From positions 480,001 through 544,000 of the forward strand of contig JBMNLZ010000002.1 in the NCBI GenBank assembly GCA_050953065.1: DNA of 64,000 bases. Reading direction: 5' to 3'. A program made the translations under genes and the position numbers. The notes under the pieces were generated by a model that saw only the letters and a list, made by a program, of their open reading frames with translations, was not told the DNA's origin and did no database searches. Positions within the stretch are counted from its first letter, which is position 1; each line of letters opens with the position of its first letter. Source of the stretch: Bacilli bacterium. GTDB lineage: Bacteria > Bacillota_I > Bacilli_A > ML615J-28 > CAG-698. This document shows, piece by piece, positions 10,928-20,767 of the stretch.

Positions 10928-11794
10928 ATGTTACTTAATCTTGTTGCAAATTATGATTTAAAAAGTATTCTTTTTGCTTTTGGATTAACTTTAATTGCAG
11001 GACTATCAACTGGAATTGGTAGTTTATTAGCAATGTTTACTAAAACTACTAGTAAGAAGTTTTTATCAATTAGTTTAGGAATGTCAGCTGGAGTTATGAT
11101 TTATATCTCTTTTGTTGAGTTGCTTAATGAATCTTTTGAAGCTTTAAAGACTGAACTTGGTGAATCGTTAGGTCCTTGGATAACTATTATATCGTTTTTT
11201 GTTGGGATGGGGATTATAGCGATAATTGATAAGGTAATACCTGAGGCTAAAAATCCACATGAAGCTTTAAAGATAGAAGAAATAGATGATGAAAAATGTG
11301 TTACGGTTGAATGTAGTGATGAGAAAGAAAAAAAGCTAAAACAAAGGCAATTATTAAAAACAGGGATTCTAACAGCTGTAGTAATTGGTATTCATAACTT
11401 TCCTGAAGGAATTGCAACATTTATTTCAGCTTTAACTAATCCAACACTTGCAATTGGTGTAACAATTGCGATTGCGCTTCATAACATTCCAGAAGGAATT
11501 TCAGTTTATGTTCCGATATATTATGCAACTGGTGATAAGAAAAAAGCCTTTCTATTATCTTTTTTATCAGGACTAGCTGAACCGATTGGAGCGTTATTTG
11601 GATTTTTAATTTTAATGCCATTTTTGTCTATGACAATGTTTGGAATTTTATATGCTGCAGTTGCTGGGATAATGGTCTTTATTTCACTTGATGAACTATT
11701 ACCAGCAGCAAGAGAATACGGAGAACCACACTTAGCAATCTATGGGATGGTTTTTGGAATGATTATAATGGCGGTTAGTTTATTATTATTTTAA
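10928..11794 (+). CDS. zupT: ZIP-family zinc transporter ZupT
   Basis: 'HNFPEG', 'HNIPEGISV', 'SGLAEP', 'ISLDELLP'. Confidence 0.93.
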   Translation: MLLNLVANYDLKSILFAFGLTLIAGLSTGIGSLLAMFTKTTSKKFLSISLGMSAGVMIYISFVELLNESFEALKTELGESLGPWITIISFFVGMGIIAIIDKVIPEAKNPHEALKIEEIDDEKCVTVECSDEKEKKLKQRQLLKTGILTAVVIGIHNFPEGIATFISALTNPTLAIGVTIAIALHNIPEGISVYVPIYYATGDKKKAFLLSFLSGLAEPIGALFGFLILMPFLSMTMFGILYAAVAGIMVFISLDELLPAAREYGEPHLAIYGMVFGMIIMAVSLLLF

Positions 11795-11805
11795 GGGGGT
11801 GTAAG

Positions 11806-12579
11806 ATGAAAGAAGTTTTAAAAGTAGAAGGCGTTACTAAAACCTTTAAGCTTTCAAAAAAACAACAAAAAATCGAAAAAACAAATGAAAAAGTTAAAGT
11901 TGCTGTCAATGATTTATCGTTTGTTGCTTATGAAAATGAAATTTTTGGATTGTTAGGTCCAAATGGAGCAGGGAAAACGACAACTTTAAGAATGATTTCA
12001 ACATTGATTAAACCAGATAGTGGAGATATTTATGTCAATGGAAGAAGTGTTGTAAAAGAGCCTTCAAAAGCAAGAGGAGAGTTAGGTTTTTTAACTAGTG
12101 AGTTAAAGTTAGAAGATTTCTTTACTCCAAACTATTTATTTGACTTTTTTTCTAAACTTCATAATGTAGATGAAAATGCAAGAAATGAAAGAAAAGAAAG
12201 ACTTTTTAAAAAGTTTGGAATAGATGAGTTTGCTGAGGTTAAGATTGGAGAGTTATCTTCTGGAATGAAACAAAAAATATCATTGGTTATTTCAATGGTT
12301 CATGATCCTAAAATTATTATTTTTGATGAGCCTACTAACGGACTTGATGTTTTAACAGCAAAAACTGTAACTGATTTTTTGGTAGATTTAAAAAAACAAG
12401 GGAAAACTATTATTCTTTCTACACATATTTTTAGTTTAGCAGAAAAACTTTGTGATAGAGTAGGAATTATTTTTGATGGGAAAATGGTTGTTTGCGATAC
12501 TCTTGTTAAGATTACGGAAAAAGAAAACTTAGAAGATTTATTCTTCACGTTATATAAAAGAAAAGCAGGTGAGGAATAA
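11806..12579 (+). CDS. natA: ABC transporter ATP-binding subunit (NatA-like Na+ export)
   Basis: Walker A GPNGAGKTT, LSSGMKQK, 'FDEPTNGLDV'; paired with a NatB-like permease. Confidence 0.8.
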   Translation: MKEVLKVEGVTKTFKLSKKQQKIEKTNEKVKVAVNDLSFVAYENEIFGLLGPNGAGKTTTLRMISTLIKPDSGDIYVNGRSVVKEPSKARGELGFLTSELKLEDFFTPNYLFDFFSKLHNVDENARNERKERLFKKFGIDEFAEVKIGELSSGMKQKISLVISMVHDPKIIIFDEPTNGLDVLTAKTVTDFLVDLKKQGKTIILSTHIFSLAEKLCDRVGIIFDGKMVVCDTLVKITEKENLEDLFFTLYKRKAGEE

Positions 12580-13760
12580 TGAAAAATATCAAAACTATAA
12601 TTTCAAAAGAATTATTTAGATTTTTTAAGGATATTCGAATTGTCATTACAACTTTAATACTTCCTGGGTTGTTGATTTTTACTTTATATAGTTTAATGGG
12701 ACCAGCTATTACTTCTAGTTTTACACCAGATAAAGAATATGTTGGAACGGTATACGTTGCAAATTATCCTGAAAGTGTAGAAGCAGTTTTTGAAGCAGGG
12801 GAGTTAAATGTTAACATAACTGAAATAGAAAACAGTGAAATAGATGCTAAAAAAGAATTGGTGGTTGCTGGAGAGGCTGAGTTAGTAGTGGTATTTCCTA
12901 ATGATTTTGATACAGATGTTATAGGTTATGATCCATCAAGTGGATTGGCTGCTCCTCATATTGAAATGTATTATAATTCTTCAAAAACTGAATCAATGAA
13001 TTTATATAATATCTTTCTATCTATTTTAGATGTTTATGAAAGTTCAATGGCTAATAAGTTTGATGTTAATTTACCAGGTGGAGATTTTGATTTAGCTGAT
13101 GAAAAAGATGTTATGGGTATGGTTCTTTCAATGTTATTACCTTTCTTGATTATTACATTCTTATTTAGTGGTTGTATGGCTGTTGCACCTGAATCTATAG
13201 CTGGTGAAAAAGAAAGAGGTACTATTGCAACATTGCTTGTTACTACGATTAAGAGAAGTGAACTTGCAATTGGAAAGATAATTAGTTTAAGCATTATCGC
13301 AACTTTAAGTGCTTTGAGTAGTTTTTTAGGAACGATGTTATCATTTCCTAAAATGATGGGGCCTGAAATGGATGGTGTAAATGCTATAGCATATGGAGTT
13401 TTAGATTATGTGGCTTTACTTTTTGTAATTATGTCAACAGTTTTAGTTTTGATAACTTTAGTATCAATAATTTCAGCTTTTGCAAAGACTGTAAAAGAAG
13501 CAACGACTTTAGTAATGCCTTTAATGATCGCAATCTTTTTAGTAGGCCTTACAGCAATGTTTGCTGGAGCTAGCAGTCAAGCAATCCTATATTTAATTCC
13601 AATTTATAATAGTGTTCATGTTATGGCTAATATATTCAGTTATAATTTTAATTTACTACATTTCCTTATCACTATTATTAGTAATATTATGTGGACCGGA
13701 TTATTAGTATTTTTATTAACTAAAATGTTTAATAGTGAAAAGATTATGTTTTCTAAATAA
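12579..13760 (+). CDS. natB: ABC-2 permease (NatB-like)
   Basis: 'ESIAGEKERGTIATLLVT', 'AKTVKEA'; translationally coupled to the upstream ATPase. Confidence 0.8.
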   Translation: MKNIKTIISKELFRFFKDIRIVITTLILPGLLIFTLYSLMGPAITSSFTPDKEYVGTVYVANYPESVEAVFEAGELNVNITEIENSEIDAKKELVVAGEAELVVVFPNDFDTDVIGYDPSSGLAAPHIEMYYNSSKTESMNLYNIFLSILDVYESSMANKFDVNLPGGDFDLADEKDVMGMVLSMLLPFLIITFLFSGCMAVAPESIAGEKERGTIATLLVTTIKRSELAIGKIISLSIIATLSALSSFLGTMLSFPKMMGPEMDGVNAIAYGVLDYVALLFVIMSTVLVLITLVSIISAFAKTVKEATTLVMPLMIAIFLVGLTAMFAGASSQAILYLIPIYNSVHVMANIFSYNFNLLHFLITIISNIMWTGLLVFLLTKMFNSEKIMFSK

Positions 13761-13762
13761 AC

Positions 13763-13795
13763 AAAAGACCTTAAGTTTTTTCTTAAGGTCTTAAT
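13763..13795. terminator. Terminator hairpin between convergent genes
   Basis: AAGACCTTAAG / CTTAAGGTCTT. Confidence 0.7.
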
Positions 13796-14273
13796 AAATT
13801 TTTTTATTACTTTCTTTGTATTCTTTAAATAATTCAAGACATTTTTCTTGATCTTGGATTGAGAGTTTTAAAATATTAATGTTTTTGCAGTCGCTCTTTA
13901 AAAAATCATAAATTTTTTCATCTCTAAAACCTATTTCATTGGTTTGTTTGACATCACAACCATAATAAACAGTTTTAATATTTGACCAAATAATTGCACC
14001 AAGACACATCGGGCAAGGGAAAGCAGTAGTGAAAAGTATACAGTTGCTTAAGTCATAAGTTTTCATTTTTGTTGTGGCTTGTCTAATTGCATTGATTTCT
14101 GCATGGGCAGTAGGATCGTTATCTTTTAGAACGGTATTAGAACTTATAGCAACAACTTTTCCCTTTTCATCAATGATAGCGGCTCCAAAAGGACCACCAT
14201 AATTTTTGTTCATAGTTTTCCTTGCTTGTTTAATTGCCATTTCCATTAATTCTTCATTCGCTTTTTTTGCCAT
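13791..14273 (-). CDS. guaD: Guanine/nucleoside deaminase (CDA fold, GuaD-like)
   Basis: 'GGPFGA', 'DPTAHAE', 'PCPMCLGAIIW', 'GFRD'. Confidence 0.8.
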   Translation of the reverse strand: MAKKANEELMEMAIKQARKTMNKNYGGPFGAAIIDEKGKVVAISSNTVLKDNDPTAHAEINAIRQATTKMKTYDLSNCILFTTAFPCPMCLGAIIWSNIKTVYYGCDVKQTNEIGFRDEKIYDFLKSDCKNINILKLSIQDQEKCLELFKEYKESNKKIY

Positions 14274-14296
14274 TTTCTCCCCTAACTTATATTTAA

Positions 14297-14325
14297 ATTA
14301 TACATAGTTTGAAATTTCTTGTCAA
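14297..14325 (-). promoter_or_regulatory. Consensus sigma-A promoter for guaD
   Basis: Minus strand TTGACA-17 nt-TATAAT. Confidence 0.8.
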
Positions 14326-14394
14326 ATAGTTTTTAAAATAAGGCTTTATTAAAATAAAAAATATGATATAATTAAAAAAGTATATGGAGGACAT

Positions 14395-15519
14395 ATGAAA
14401 AAAACAGTTAAAAGCATTTTAATTATATTGTTAAGTTTTATAATTTTTTTAGTAGTTGTTGTAGGTGGATATATAGGATATATTAGCATTCAATATTATA
14501 GAATAAAAGATTTAAAAGACTTAACTGAAGATATTGAAGAGAATGCTTTGCCAGTTGCACTTGTTAATCAAGAATATAGCGCAGTTGCTTATAATATTGG
14601 TTTTGGGGCATATGATAGAGAGTACTCATTCTTTATGGATAAAGGAACAATGCAAGATGGCACTAAAACTGTTGGTAAATACGGTAAAGCTGTCTCTAAA
14701 GCAAGAGCCTTAATTAATACTAATGGTGCTATTGATTTAGCAAAAGCTTTAGATGCTAATTTTTATTTATTCCAAGAAGTAGATGTTCAGTCAAATAGAT
14801 GTCATGGAATTAATCAATACCAAAAATTAAAAGAAAAATTTGAAGACTATATTACAACTTTTGGTTATAATTTTCATACAGCGTATTTGTTTTATCCATT
14901 TCATGATCCGCATGGTATAACAAAAAGTGGACTTGCAACATTTTCAAACCTTAAAATTACAAGTTCTATTAGACATCAACTTCCGGTTGATTTGTCTTTT
15001 CCAAATAAGTTTTTTGATTTAGATAGATGTTTTGTTGTAAATAGAATTCCAACCTCAAATGCTAAAGAACTAGTGATGATAAATGTTCATTTATCTGCAT
15101 ATGATGAGGGTGGAATTATTAGAGCTAAACAATTAGAAGTTTTAAAAAGTCTTTTAGAAAAAGAATATCAATTAGGAAATTATGTAATCGCAGGTGGAGA
15201 TTTTAATCATGATATTGCATCAACTCTAAATTTATTTCCAACAACACAAAAATTACCAGAATGGATTTTTGTTTTAGAAGAATCTCAACTTCCAACTGGT
15301 TTTAGATTTGGAAGTTCATCGCTTGCTCCAACATGTAGAGCATCAGATATTCCTTGGGAAGAAGGAGTTAATTATACTGTTACGATAGATGGCTTTGTAG
15401 TATCGGATAATGTTGAAATTATAGCAGTTGAAAATATTGTAAACTTAAATGGTCAGGATGTAAACTTTATATATAGTGACCACAATCCTGTAAAATTGTC
15501 TTTTAAATTAATAGATTAA
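14395..15519 (+). CDS. Membrane-anchored endonuclease/exonuclease/phosphatase (EEP) family protein
   Basis: N-terminal TM; 'YNIGFG', 'FQEVD', 'NVHLSAYD', 'GGDFN', 'SDHNPV'. Confidence 0.88.
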   Translation: MKKTVKSILIILLSFIIFLVVVVGGYIGYISIQYYRIKDLKDLTEDIEENALPVALVNQEYSAVAYNIGFGAYDREYSFFMDKGTMQDGTKTVGKYGKAVSKARALINTNGAIDLAKALDANFYLFQEVDVQSNRCHGINQYQKLKEKFEDYITTFGYNFHTAYLFYPFHDPHGITKSGLATFSNLKITSSIRHQLPVDLSFPNKFFDLDRCFVVNRIPTSNAKELVMINVHLSAYDEGGIIRAKQLEVLKSLLEKEYQLGNYVIAGGDFNHDIASTLNLFPTTQKLPEWIFVLEESQLPTGFRFGSSSLAPTCRASDIPWEEGVNYTVTIDGFVVSDNVEIIAVENIVNLNGQDVNFIYSDHNPVKLSFKLID

Positions 15520-15540
15520 TATTTAAAACGAGGTAAGTAT

Positions 15541-16278
15541 ATGAGAGATTATTCAAGCGAATTAGAAAAAAGAATTGCTTTTATTAAGGAAGCACTTAAA
15601 AATGCTAACGCTAAAGGTTTGATTTTTGGTAATAGTGGCGGAAAAGACAGTGCACTAGTTGCCATACTTTGTAAAGCTGCATGTGAAAATACGTTAGGAG
15701 TTATTATGCCTTGTGAATCAAAACAAAATTATAATCAAGATACAATAGATGCTTTAGAAATAGCTAAAAAGTTTAATATTGAAACAAGAACAATTGATTT
15801 AACTAAAACAAAAAAAACTTTAGTTGAAAGTATAAATAAAAGTAAAAGAATAGAAGGTTCAGGTATAACAAATATTGCTCCTCGTCTAAGAATGACAACT
15901 CTATATACAATTGCAGCTTTTGAAAATAGATTAGTAGTTGGAACTGGAAATAAAAGTGAAATTTTTATGGGATATTTTACTAAATGGGGTGATGGTGCTT
16001 TTGATATAAATCCGATTGCTGATTTATCGGTTTCAGAAGTATATGAATTTCTTGCTTATTTAAATGCTCCAAAAAGCATTTTAGAAAAGGTTCCTTCAGC
16101 AGGCTTGTTTGAAGGCCAAACTGATGAACTTGAAATGGGTGTAAGTTATAAAGCGATTGAAGCTTATATGAAGGGGCTAGAAGTTTCTAAAGAAGAAAAA
16201 GAAATTATTGAAAGATACCATAGAAATACAGAACATAAAAGAGTTAAACCTAAAATATATGGTGATAATAATAAATAG
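15541..16278 (+). CDS. nadE: NH3-dependent NAD+ synthetase (single domain, no glutaminase)
   Basis: 'SGGKDS', 'NIAPRLRM', 'GTGNKSE', 'FTKWGDG', 'PSAGL'; 245 aa with no nitrilase domain. Confidence 0.95.
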   Translation: MRDYSSELEKRIAFIKEALKNANAKGLIFGNSGGKDSALVAILCKAACENTLGVIMPCESKQNYNQDTIDALEIAKKFNIETRTIDLTKTKKTLVESINKSKRIEGSGITNIAPRLRMTTLYTIAAFENRLVVGTGNKSEIFMGYFTKWGDGAFDINPIADLSVSEVYEFLAYLNAPKSILEKVPSAGLFEGQTDELEMGVSYKAIEAYMKGLEVSKEEKEIIERYHRNTEHKRVKPKIYGDNNK

Positions 16279-16299
16279 AGTTTTAAAACTCTATTTTTC
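16273..16299 (+). terminator. Intrinsic terminator
   Basis: AAATAGAGTTTT / AAAACTCTATTT palindrome plus T run. Confidence 0.7.
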
Positions 16300-16325
16300 T
16301 ATTGTTTAATTTAGGAGGTAACACA

Positions 16326-16427
16326 ATGGATGTTGAATATATTAGTTTGATTTTATATTTTGTATTAGTAATAGTTGGATTAGCATTTGCTAATCTAAAA
16401 TTTAAAAAGCGAGAGTTTATAGTTTAA
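16326..16427 (+). CDS. 33-aa single-TM small protein (absent from the ORF track)
   Basis: AGGAGGT RBS; MDVEYISLILYFVLVIVGLAFANLKFKKREFIV; its TAA overlaps the next ATG (TAATG). Confidence 0.6.
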   Translation: MDVEYISLILYFVLVIVGLAFANLKFKKREFIV

Positions 16428-16927
16428 TGAGAATTTTTTATGCAATTAACTTTTCTGATGATGTTAAGGAAAAACTTTATCAATATATTATAAAAAATAA
16501 AGGGCTGAAAGCATCTTTTACAAGAAAAGAAAATATTCATTTAACAATTTATTTTGTTGGAGAAATTAATTATGTTGATTTAGACTTCTATATTGGAGTA
16601 TTAGACAAAGTAAAGTTTAATAATTTTGAAATAGAAGTAGAAGGGTTTGATTTCTTTCATAAAAAAGATGGAAGTATTTGGCATTTAAAAATTAGGAATA
16701 ATCTATCTTTAGATAATCTATTCAAACAAATTGCAAGCAGCATGAATTTAAATAAAATGAATTTTACTCCACACATTACTCTTGCTAGAAGAGTAACAGA
16801 TCCTAAAGAAATCATTAAGAACGATATAGAAATTGATAAAATTAAAGTTGATTCTATATCATTAATGGAGTCAAAATTTGTTGACAACAAACTAGTTTAT
16901 ACTGAAATCATTAAAAAACAAATTTAA
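16427..16927 (+). CDS. thpR: RNA 2',3'-cyclic phosphodiesterase (2H phosphoesterase)
   Basis: 'MRIFYAI', two HxT motifs (HLTI, PHITLAR), 'LMESK'. Confidence 0.88.
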   Translation: MRIFYAINFSDDVKEKLYQYIIKNKGLKASFTRKENIHLTIYFVGEINYVDLDFYIGVLDKVKFNNFEIEVEGFDFFHKKDGSIWHLKIRNNLSLDNLFKQIASSMNLNKMNFTPHITLARRVTDPKEIIKNDIEIDKIKVDSISLMESKFVDNKLVYTEIIKKQI

Positions 16928-17054
16928 TCTTAAAACAATCATAAAATAAAGCAATTTTGAAAGTGCTTTCTTGAAGAAACATTATCTCTATGTTATAATT
17001 TAATTAGGAAGATATTGAATAAAAGGAGTGCGCATTTTTAGCGCAAAAGATGAA

Positions 17055-20000
17055 ATGAAAAAAACAATTTTATTATTTTTATTAGCATTAATGTTTGTTT
17101 TAACAGGCTGTTTATCTACTGTTGAAGAAAGTAAAATTACTTTTGATTTTCAAGATAAAAATGTCACTGTTGAAGTCGGTGACACATTTGCATTACAGCC
17201 AGTAATTATTGGTTTTCATGGTAATACGGTTATATATACATCAAGTGCTGATCCTTTTGATCCTTGTATATCGGTTAGCAATACAGGGGTAATTACTGCT
17301 ATAAAGGAAGGTAGTGCTTCAATTATTGCAAAATTAGATGGTGCTGCTGGAGTAGCTACAGTACAAATTAGTGTAACTGTTGTTCCTAAAACTGAAAATC
17401 CTAATGGTGGTAATGATAATACATCATTAACAGTAACAATTACAGGTGGAGTGCAAAATAATAAGATTATTTCTGCATTTGTAGGTGATGTTATTCAATT
17501 GGGAATTTTTGCTAATAAAACTTATACTGAAACTCCAGTTTGGAAATCAAGCGATATATCTAAAGGTTTTATTAGTAGTAGTGGATTGTTTACAGCATTA
17601 GATTCTGGTACTACTAAAATTGAATTGACAGTAGGTACTGCTACGGATTTTGTTTTTGTTACTATATTAGCTAAAAATCAAGATCCAGAAATTGTTACTC
17701 CTCAAATTACTTCAATATTAATCTCTGGTCCAAGGGTCTTAACAGTTGGTAATAATACTAATTTAACTGTTACACCTGATAAAGATGTTCTTTTCACAGT
17801 TTTATGGACAAGTAATAATAATGGTATTGCTACGATTGATGCTAGTGGAAAAGTTACAGCTAATTCAGCTGGTGTTGTAGTTTTTACAGCAACACTATCA
17901 TCTAATGCTTCAATAAAAAATACATGGACAATGATGATTCAAGACAATACACCAACTAATACAATAACAGGCATTAGTCTTTCAGGTGATTCAAATTTAT
18001 TTGTTGGAAATAAGATGCTGTTAACTGTTAATTTTACGCCAGCTGGTGAAACAGGTAATGTTACTTGGTCAACAAGTAATGCTGCGATTGCAAGTGTAGC
18101 TGCATCTGGATTAATTACTGGTGTTGCTCAAGGTAGTGTAACAATCACAGCAACTTTGAATGCTGATACATCAATAACTGGTTCTAAAACTATTACAGTT
18201 GTTCCAAAACCTAGTAGTATTACAGTAAGTGGAGCTACTAGTATGAATGTTGGGTCTACAACGTCTTTAACAGCTACAATATTACCAGCAGATACAGTTA
18301 AAACTGTTATTTGGTCTAGTAATAATACAAATGTTGCAACAGTGTCAAATACTGGAGTAGTTACAGCGTTGTCTGCTGGAGTTGCTTCAATCGTAGTAAC
18401 TTCAACTGTTGATTCAACAATTTTTGGTAAACTTGATATAATGGTTAATGCAACTCAAACACCTACGTTGAGTTTAAGCATTTCATCTTCAAATATTAAT
18501 GTAGGTAGTACTGCACAAATTACAGCTACAGTTGGTAATACAAGTAATACTGCTGTTACATATTCATCAAGTAATACAAGTGTAGCAACAGTTGATGCAA
18601 CTGGTAAGGTAACAGGTGTTGCAGCAGGGTCTGCAACAATTACAGGTAGGTTAGTGGTTGATAATTCAGTAACTTCATCAGTAGCTGTAACAATTGCATC
18701 AGCAACTCCAACGGTTAGTGTTTCTCCTACATCTACAACAGTATATGTTGGTTCAACAAAACAATTAACTGCAACAGTAACTAACACAAGTAATACAAGC
18801 GTTACATGGAGCAGTAGTAATACAAGTGTTGCAACAGTATCTTCAAGTGGTGTTGTTACAGCTGTTGCAGCAGGTAGTGCAACTATTACAGCAACATCAG
18901 TTGCTAATACATCAGCAAAAGCAACATGTGCAGTAACAGTATCAAATCCTCCAGCAGGAACTCTAACAATTACAGCTGATCCTAGTGCAAGTGTTCCAGT
19001 GGGTGGATCTGGATATCAATTATATGTAAAAGATTCAAATGGAACAAGTGTATCTCGTCTTGAGTGTACATTTACATCAAGTGATTCAAGTGTTGCAACA
19101 GTTTCAAGTTATGGAACAATTTCAGCTTTAAAAGATGGAAGTGCAACAATTACAGTAACTCATTCAACAAAAGGAACTGGAACAATTACTTTAACAATTG
19201 GATCTGGTGGTGGTGGAACGCCTCCTGTAAATCCTCCAGCAGGTACTTTAACAGTTACAGCTGATCCAAGTGCAACAGTTCCAATAGGAGCAAGTGGCTA
19301 TCAATTATATGTAAAAGATTCAAATGGAACTAGTTTATCTAGACAAGAATGTACTTTTACATCAAGTAATTCGAGTGTTGCAACTGTTTCAGTATATGGA
19401 ACAATTTCAGCTTTAGCGGCTGGTACTGCAATAATTAATGTAACTCATCCAACAGGTGGTTCAGGTGCAATTACATTGACTGTTGGATCTTCAGGAGCAG
19501 ATCCTTTTGATAGAATTATTACATTTGGAAGTAATCCGACATATAGTAGTAATGCAACTCAAGCAATGACAAATCCATTCTATTGGTTAAGAATGGCTCA
19601 AAATAATGGAGTTGATATTAATGCAACACTATTAACAACAACTGAAATTACTGCTCAAAATAACATTATGATCCAACAAGGTAATATGAGATTGGTTAAT
19701 CCAAGTACTTTAGCTAATAAGACTTCAGTTACTTCAAGCGAAGTTGAATCATTAAGAAGTACTTTTGGTTATTCTTTACCATCAGGATGGACTTTACAAT
19801 CAACTGTACAACATGCTGTTGTAACATCATTTGCTCAAATGAAAAGTTATCCTACAACATCAACAGATAAATCATACATGGAAACAGGTCTAGAAGTTGG
19901 AGAAGGTGTAGCGATTTATGGAAAATACAGTAGTGGTTCGTGGTTACTTGTAAGAAGCCAAAACTATTTTGGTTGGATTCAAGCATCAACTGTTGGAACA

Positions 20001-20657
20001 TGTTCAGGATCTGATATGGCTACATTTGCTAATCCAAGTAGTTTTGCTATAATTACAGCTGAAAGAATTAAAACAACTCAAATATCAGGACTTCCTACAA
20101 TGCTTAGAATGGGAACTAAACTTCCTTTAATTTCAAGTAATGCAACTTCAGCAACAGTAAGAGTTCCTACAAGAAATTCTAATGGTACTCTTAATACTAC
20201 TGGTGCTAGTGTTACTATTCCAATTGATAGTAATGAATATGTTCATGTAGGATATCTACCGTATTCAACTAAAAATATTATTAAACAGATGTTTAAAATG
20301 TTAGGTCAAGTTTATGGTTGGGGAGATATAAATTCTGATAGAGACTGTTCTTCTACAGTTTGGACAGCTTATAAATGTAGTGGGTTCTTACTACCTAGAA
20401 ATACATCGCAACAAGAACTTATTTCAAATAGTACTTATGCAAAGGTTTATCCAAGTGGAAATATTGGAACAAGTTATAGTACATATTTACCAAATGTTAG
20501 ATTAGGAGCTATTCTATTAATGAAAGGCCACGTAATGCTTTATTTAGGAAAAGTTGATTCAAGATATTATATAATTCACCAATATGGTAGTTTATATTGT
20601 CAAGTAACTGATACAAGAGGCTATTCATTATATAATACAAAGACATTTATTAAGTAA
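17055..20657 (+). CDS. Lipoprotein with a long Big_2 Ig-repeat stalk and C-terminal SH3-like + NlpC/P60 cysteine peptidase
   Basis: Lipobox LTGC after MKKTILL; about 8 Ig repeats; 'YGWG....RDCSS....YK..G..LPRNTSQQ' and 'GHVMLYLG...IIH' (Cys-His-His triad). Confidence 0.85.
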   Translation: MKKTILLFLLALMFVLTGCLSTVEESKITFDFQDKNVTVEVGDTFALQPVIIGFHGNTVIYTSSADPFDPCISVSNTGVITAIKEGSASIIAKLDGAAGVATVQISVTVVPKTENPNGGNDNTSLTVTITGGVQNNKIISAFVGDVIQLGIFANKTYTETPVWKSSDISKGFISSSGLFTALDSGTTKIELTVGTATDFVFVTILAKNQDPEIVTPQITSILISGPRVLTVGNNTNLTVTPDKDVLFTVLWTSNNNGIATIDASGKVTANSAGVVVFTATLSSNASIKNTWTMMIQDNTPTNTITGISLSGDSNLFVGNKMLLTVNFTPAGETGNVTWSTSNAAIASVAASGLITGVAQGSVTITATLNADTSITGSKTITVVPKPSSITVSGATSMNVGSTTSLTATILPADTVKTVIWSSNNTNVATVSNTGVVTALSAGVASIVVTSTVDSTIFGKLDIMVNATQTPTLSLSISSSNINVGSTAQITATVGNTSNTAVTYSSSNTSVATVDATGKVTGVAAGSATITGRLVVDNSVTSSVAVTIASATPTVSVSPTSTTVYVGSTKQLTATVTNTSNTSVTWSSSNTSVATVSSSGVVTAVAAGSATITATSVANTSAKATCAVTVSNPPAGTLTITADPSASVPVGGSGYQLYVKDSNGTSVSRLECTFTSSDSSVATVSSYGTISALKDGSATITVTHSTKGTGTITLTIGSGGGGTPPVNPPAGTLTVTADPSATVPIGASGYQLYVKDSNGTSLSRQECTFTSSNSSVATVSVYGTISALAAGTAIINVTHPTGGSGAITLTVGSSGADPFDRIITFGSNPTYSSNATQAMTNPFYWLRMAQNNGVDINATLLTTTEITAQNNIMIQQGNMRLVNPSTLANKTSVTSSEVESLRSTFGYSLPSGWTLQSTVQHAVVTSFAQMKSYPTTSTDKSYMETGLEVGEGVAIYGKYSSGSWLLVRSQNYFGWIQASTVGTCSGSDMATFANPSSFAIITAERIKTTQISGLPTMLRMGTKLPLISSNATSATVRVPTRNSNGTLNTTGASVTIPIDSNEYVHVGYLPYSTKNIIKQMFKMLGQVYGWGDINSDRDCSSTVWTAYKCSGFLLPRNTSQQELISNSTYAKVYPSGNIGTSYSTYLPNVRLGAILLMKGHVMLYLGKVDSRYYIIHQYGSLYCQVTDTRGYSLYNTKTFIK
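18945..19491 (+). repeat. Intragenic tandem duplication of an Ig domain (285-nt period)
   Basis: AATCCTCCAGCAGG..., TATCAATTATATGTAAAAGATTCAAATGGAAC and TATGGAACAATTTCAGCTTTA occur in both copies (18945 and 19230). Confidence 0.85.
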
Positions 20658-20672
20658 TAAATAATAAAAACA

Positions 20673-20704
20673 TAAAAACCAGTTCATTTGAGCTGGTTTT
20701 TTTA
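20673..20704 (+). terminator. Intrinsic terminator
   Basis: AAAAACCAGTTCA ttt GAGCTGGTTTTTTT. Confidence 0.8.
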
Positions 20705-20767
20705 TATTAAATTGAAATTAACATATTTATATGATAAAATAATACATATACATTTAGGGGAATATTT

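Noticed and set aside
17700-19500. CRISPR array or diversity-generating retroelement in the repetitive Ser/Thr-rich DNA
   Set aside because: The repeats are in-frame Ig domains. There is no repeat-spacer periodicity, no adenine-only variation and no cas or reverse transcriptase gene.
17247-19511. ADPFD peptide occurring twice in the NlpC/P60 lipoprotein
   Set aside because: Only five residues with unrelated flanks; I cannot distinguish it from chance.
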